From: an uncultured Gammaproteobacteria bacterium
GTDB lineage: Bacteria > Patescibacteriota > Microgenomatia > Curtissbacterales > GWA2-41-24
Assembly (NCBI GenBank): GCA_964492425.1
Contig: CAZBKB010000003.1
Span: forward strand, 6,682 to 70,681
Length of the DNA: 64,000 bases
Reading direction: 5' to 3'
Shown here: in pieces, positions 60,136 to 64,000 of the stretch
Position numbering within the stretch: the first letter of the stretch is position 1
Layout of the letters: each line of letters opens with the position of its first letter
Position numbers and translations under genes: made by a program
The notes under the pieces: model-generated
What the model saw: only the letters and a program-made list of their open reading frames with translations
The model's database searches: none
What the model was told of the DNA's origin: nothing

Positions 60136-62322
60136 TCAAGCTTTTTGAAGATCTGTTTTCCTGCGGAGAACAAAAGTTGCAAGCCCAAGAATAGCAAATG
60201 CAATTGCCATTCTAAGATAAATAGGCATACCAAAATCAAACGGGTCTCTTTCCGCCCTATATGTGGTTATAGATTGGACTTGGGTATCTGGCCCCTCACC
60301 TTCAACTGACCCGCCGCCAGCTTTTGAGAAGAAATTTTGATTTAAAATAGCAGCAACTTGAGCCGATAATCCTGAATCTCCTCCAGATGTTGAAAAACCA
60401 TCATCCGAAGAATTCGAAGAAGAATTTGAGCTAATCGCGCTGTTTGTTTGGGAACTTGAATTTCCTACATTTACTCCCCCGACTGCAGGAATTTGACCTG
60501 TAAATCCTGCCGGCACGAAATTACCAATCCAGGATCCAAATACGTTTACCAATGTCATCACAACTTTGCGGCCTGAGAAATTTGAGTTAATAAAGTTGAT
60601 CACATTCACTACAATATTAGCATCACCTGTTGTGATACTTGAATTTCCACCTGTATTCTTGCTTGCATCATTTCCACCAGTATTGGCATCGATATTAATA
60701 TTGTTAGTAATTGTCCCGTTATTATTTATATTTGTGTAATTTGTATTTGTATTGTTAATCTCTGAACTGTTAACAGAATCTGTCCCGTTATTTTGGTTCA
60801 TAGCAACCAACTGACCATTTTGATCTACAAAGAAAATTGAACCATCCGATGTATAGAAATAAGTGCCTGGTGCCGCCCCTAAAATCTGTCCCTGCCAATC
60901 TCCCGAAATGTCGTTTATGAATACAAAATAGATAGGTTCGCAGCTTCCGGCCGTTACGTTTACGTTGGCAATGTTGACAACGTTTGCATCAACATTGACA
61001 TCCCCCGTACTTATAGTGCTGAAACCTCCTGTATTGCCACTTGTACTGTTACCACCTGTACTTGCGTCTAGGTTAAGGTTATTTTCAACTGTGGTCTTAT
61101 TGGTTACATTGGACGTATCTGTGTTTGTGCTGTTAACTGTCGCGTTGTTTGTCGAATCGCTCCCGTTGCCTATATTGGTTGCTGTCATATCTTGGCTACA
61201 TTCACAGGAACAATCAGACGTGGGTCCTGTAATACCTGGCTGGACAATGTTTCCGACCATATCACCGAAGATGTTAACAACATTCATAGCACCATCTACA
61301 ACAGTATTTAGTGCGTTTACTACATTGGCAACTACATTAGCATCACCTGTATCGATGGTAGAATCACCACCAGTGTTTTTACTTGTCTTGTTATAACCGG
61401 TATTGGCATCTATATCGATATTATTTACGATATCCCCATTGTTATTGACCGTCTCCACATTTGTATTTGTATTATTAATTGTCGAATCATTTGTAGAATC
61501 TGAACCATTCCCTATATTTTGTGCAGCCAATGTTGAGGAGTCCAAAAGTATATCCCCATTATAGTTTCCGTTAACATCAAACTGATAAACTCCAAGGCTT
61601 ACTTCATTAGCATCTGTAATCACCGTAACAACAACATTTGCATCGCCTGTTATGATCTCGCTGTCTCCAACATTGCCTGATGCGTCGTTGTAGCCGGAAT
61701 TAGCATCGAAATCCAAGTTATTGTCAATATTTGCATTATTGTTAATGACTACGGCTGTATTATTGTTATTGTTTGCAGTTGCTGTATTGTCCGATCCCGA
61801 TCCGTTTGCACTGTTTGTGACGGTCGTATCGCCGACACAGGCACTACAATCGCCATCCGTAGAAATTGCAGTATTATTGGCGCTGGTTGTCAAAACGCCG
61901 TTGGCATTGGCGTCGCCGGTATTAATAGAAGTGTCTCCGACATTTCCGCCACCGTCTATTCCTCCGGTAGAATCAGTAGCACCGGGGTTCTGGCTTGCAA
62001 GCCAGGCCTGGTATTCCTGCCATCGCCTTTCTTTCTCGTCATCACTAATGTAATAGTCGGTTTTACTATCCCCGTCACGGTCATCTGGATCAACCACACT
62101 TGGGCCATCCCAACTGCTAACAGGTGTAGGCAAAGGTGACGCTACTATAGTTGGATCCGGACTTGAAGCCGGGCTCGGTTCCGGACTTGGTGAAGGCCCA
62201 GACTCAGAATCTGACGGCGCGTCTAGGCCTGGATCATTCCCTGCCATTACCACCATGGTCGGGTTCAAAACCAAGCTCAAAGACAGGAATATGGATATTA
62301 ATGTTTTTTTCAGTTTAATCAT
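60136..62322 (-). CDS. Secreted 728-aa N/T/G/D-rich repeat protein with a C-terminal TM + RRK tail
   Basis: Signal peptide. PSPEPSP linker. Repeats of NTGG(D/N)S(T/S)I(D/T)TGDANVV.NV.N. Cys pairs (DCSACVGD, DCSCECSQD). C-terminal MAIAFAILGLATFVLRRK. Confidence 0.5.
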   Translation of the reverse strand: MIKLKKTLISIFLSLSLVLNPTMVVMAGNDPGLDAPSDSESGPSPSPEPSPASSPDPTIVASPLPTPVSSWDGPSVVDPDDRDGDSKTDYYISDDEKERRWQEYQAWLASQNPGATDSTGGIDGGGNVGDTSINTGDANANGVLTTSANNTAISTDGDCSACVGDTTVTNSANGSGSDNTATANNNNNTAVVINNNANIDNNLDFDANSGYNDASGNVGDSEIITGDANVVVTVITDANEVSLGVYQFDVNGNYNGDILLDSSTLAAQNIGNGSDSTNDSTINNTNTNVETVNNNGDIVNNIDIDANTGYNKTSKNTGGDSTIDTGDANVVANVVNALNTVVDGAMNVVNIFGDMVGNIVQPGITGPTSDCSCECSQDMTATNIGNGSDSTNNATVNSTNTDTSNVTNKTTVENNLNLDASTGGNSTSGNTGGFSTISTGDVNVDANVVNIANVNVTAGSCEPIYFVFINDISGDWQGQILGAAPGTYFYTSDGSIFFVDQNGQLVAMNQNNGTDSVNSSEINNTNTNYTNINNNGTITNNINIDANTGGNDASKNTGGNSSITTGDANIVVNVINFINSNFSGRKVVMTLVNVFGSWIGNFVPAGFTGQIPAVGGVNVGNSSSQTNSAISSNSSSNSSDDGFSTSGGDSGLSAQVAAILNQNFFSKAGGGSVEGEGPDTQVQSITTYRAERDPFDFGMPIYLRMAIAFAILGLATFVLRRKTDLQKA

Positions 62323-62525
62323 TTTTTGTTTACTACTCTAAGCCTAAAAGGGCAAAGTCGCTATCTTTTATATTATTTATATTCTTCAAAATTTTCTTTT
62401 TCGTTAAATGTTACTGTTTATTGTTAACTGTTAACTTTTTCCATCTATTCTTGGAGGCTACCCTTCAGCTTACCTAGGTGGTTCAACCTAATCAGGTAAA
62501 CCTCCAAGAATTCAGGAATTCTGCT

Positions 62526-63794
62526 TTAAGCAATTAATGCCAAAAGCAATAAGAGAACAGACATAGAACCACCCATTTCCGGAAGGTCAAAATCTACATC
62601 TCCAAGTACGTTAGAGTTTGCAGTGTTCTCTACTTCTACGTCTGCGTCTGCATCACCAGTGGTAACCGATGGATCACCACCATGGGTGTTGTCATTGACA
62701 TCGTTTTTACCGGTGTCCAAATCAACATCCACTTCGTTGCAGTCATTCTTGTGACCACGCCAGAACCATTCCTGGTATCCGCCTTTGCCACAATCATAAT
62801 CGTTTGTTTGGGTAATATACTTAACAGATGTCAAGTATGCCTTAACAGTATTGTCACTGTCAGAACCGTTACCCTTTACTAGAACGTCTAGGTCTTCAAG
62901 ACAACCACAACCTTCTAGCTCTGCTGCATTGAAGTTAGCCATATTACTGACATTAACGTCTGCATTTGCATCACCTGTGTCGATTGAAACATCGCCACCT
63001 GTGTTGTCATTTGCATCGTTTTTACCTGTATCGGCGTCTACGTCGACATCGTTAGAAATGTCAGCATAATTGGATTGGTTGATAGTGTTATTAGAAGTCA
63101 AATTAACTTTGACTGTATTGTCGCTATCAGAACCGTTTCCAGAAATTTCGACAGCTACTCCACCGCCGTTTCCGCCGGTAATAGCCGCCCAGTTTGCGTT
63201 TGCTTGGTTACTTACAGTAACGGTCGCATCTGCATCACCAGTTTCAACGGAAACATCACCACCCGTATTACCGTTTGCGTCGTTCTTGCCGGTGTCTAGA
63301 TCAACATCGACATCGTTATCGAACTCAGCATTGTTCGTCTGGGTGATGGAATTTGTGTTGTTAGACGTGAACTTTATTTTGTTCTCATCATTGTTTCCAT
63401 TGTCTGTTCCGTTACCCTTAATGGTTAAGGTAACGTCATCTGGACAACATCCGTCAACGCTAGCCTGGTTTGAATTAGCAGTGTTTGTAACACTTACTGT
63501 CGCATCAGCATCACCTGTGTCGATAGAAACATCGCCACCTGTGTTGTCGTTTGCGTCATTGTTACCAGTGTCAGCGTCTACATCTATGTTGTTGGAGATG
63601 TTAGCTGTATTGGTTTGGTTAACGGTAGTTGTGTTTGTTTGGTTAACTTCAACAGTGTTGTCGCTATCCGAACCGTTTCCAGAAATTTCAACTGTTGTTG
63701 CCGCAAGAGGCATAGCAAATGAGGAAACTACCAAAGCAGCTGTAGAAGCAGCAGTTGCAAGTTTTATTGCAATTTTGTTCATATTATTTTTCAC
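62526..63794 (-). CDS. Secreted 422-aa N/T/G/D-rich repeat protein with a C-terminal LPEMGG + hydrophobic tail
   Basis: Signal peptide. Four repeats of NGSDSDNTV.VN.TN...N.DVD.DTGKNDANDNTGGDVS(I/V)(D/E)TGDA(D/N)A.V.V(S/T)N. Cys pairs (DGCCPDD, EGCGCLED). C-terminal DLPEMGGSMSVLLLLLALIA. Confidence 0.5.
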   Translation of the reverse strand: MKNNMNKIAIKLATAASTAALVVSSFAMPLAATTVEISGNGSDSDNTVEVNQTNTTTVNQTNTANISNNIDVDADTGNNDANDNTGGDVSIDTGDADATVSVTNTANSNQASVDGCCPDDVTLTIKGNGTDNGNNDENKIKFTSNNTNSITQTNNAEFDNDVDVDLDTGKNDANGNTGGDVSVETGDADATVTVSNQANANWAAITGGNGGGVAVEISGNGSDSDNTVKVNLTSNNTINQSNYADISNDVDVDADTGKNDANDNTGGDVSIDTGDANADVNVSNMANFNAAELEGCGCLEDLDVLVKGNGSDSDNTVKAYLTSVKYITQTNDYDCGKGGYQEWFWRGHKNDCNEVDVDLDTGKNDVNDNTHGGDPSVTTGDADADVEVENTANSNVLGDVDFDLPEMGGSMSVLLLLLALIA

Positions 63795-64000
63795 CTCCTT
63801 TCATCCTTTGAAGCTTTAGCGAAAGAGGACTTCCTTGCTAAACTTCTTTAATTCCGTTAACTCTCCTCCAACACCTTATGCGAAAGAGAAAACGAAAACG
63901 GAGGCTCATCACCTAGACAATATTATCTAAGTAACGAACCTCCGTTTGCGGTCGGCTCTGTCGTCCGTAGCCTTAGCAAAGGACGACCGTTATTCAATTT

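Noticed and set aside
63070-63819. 249-aa plus-strand ORF (plus 60965..61396 and 62851..63069) antisense to the repeat-protein genes
   Set aside because: Mirror images of the N/T/G/D repeats (S/V/P/T-rich). The minus-strand frames have signal peptides, RBSs and a conserved repeat register.

Overview
The window is a low-GC bacterial chromosome segment. Most of it is on the minus strand after about 19.7 kb. The protein style suggests a reduced-genome, CPR/Patescibacteria-like bacterium, though this is inference, not proof. That style includes K/E-rich N-terminal extensions on NusG, L1 and L7/L12, a type IV pilin, a sortase, giant secreted proteins and many small membrane proteins.

Gene order, in brief:
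- A partial CDS, tRNA-Trp, an SLT lytic transglycosylase, an M24 aminopeptidase, an RRM protein, an ASCH protein and galU.
- The conserved cluster secE-nusG-[hypothetical + class A beta-lactamase-like]-rplK-rplA-[three-gene insertion]-rplJ-rplL.
- Small envelope proteins, an HTH_17 protein and a PaaX-like protein.
- Sugar-nucleotide genes (IMPase, PGM/PMM, galT, WecB/TagA glycosyltransferase) and mreB.
- A surface/envelope island of about 20 kb. It holds two paralogous giant secreted proteins, an M23 peptidase, a PEGA/TolB-like protein, a sortase, tRNA-Arg and tRNA-Pro. It also holds an FN3-repeat/dockerin-like protein, a type IV pilin flanked by repeats, a DUF433/DUF5615 toxin-antitoxin pair, a CAP-domain protein, a family of N/T/G/D-rich repeat proteins, and a GSDH-PKD-PA14x5 protein.
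- A glycosylation cluster of about 12 kb. It holds a TIM-barrel hydrolase-like protein, a GT-C enzyme, a GT2, a DegT aminotransferase, an SDR epimerase, a GT4, and a 1570-aa fused GT2-GT2-multiTM-GT4 protein.

The most unusual feature is a three-gene module of about 6 kb inserted between rplA and rplJ. It encodes two large proteins with OmpR/PhoB-type winged-helix domains and a MORC-like GHKL ATPase. It has its own sigma70-like promoter carrying a C10 tract, and a structured leader and attenuator precede rplJ. No CRISPR array, rRNA or integrase was seen.
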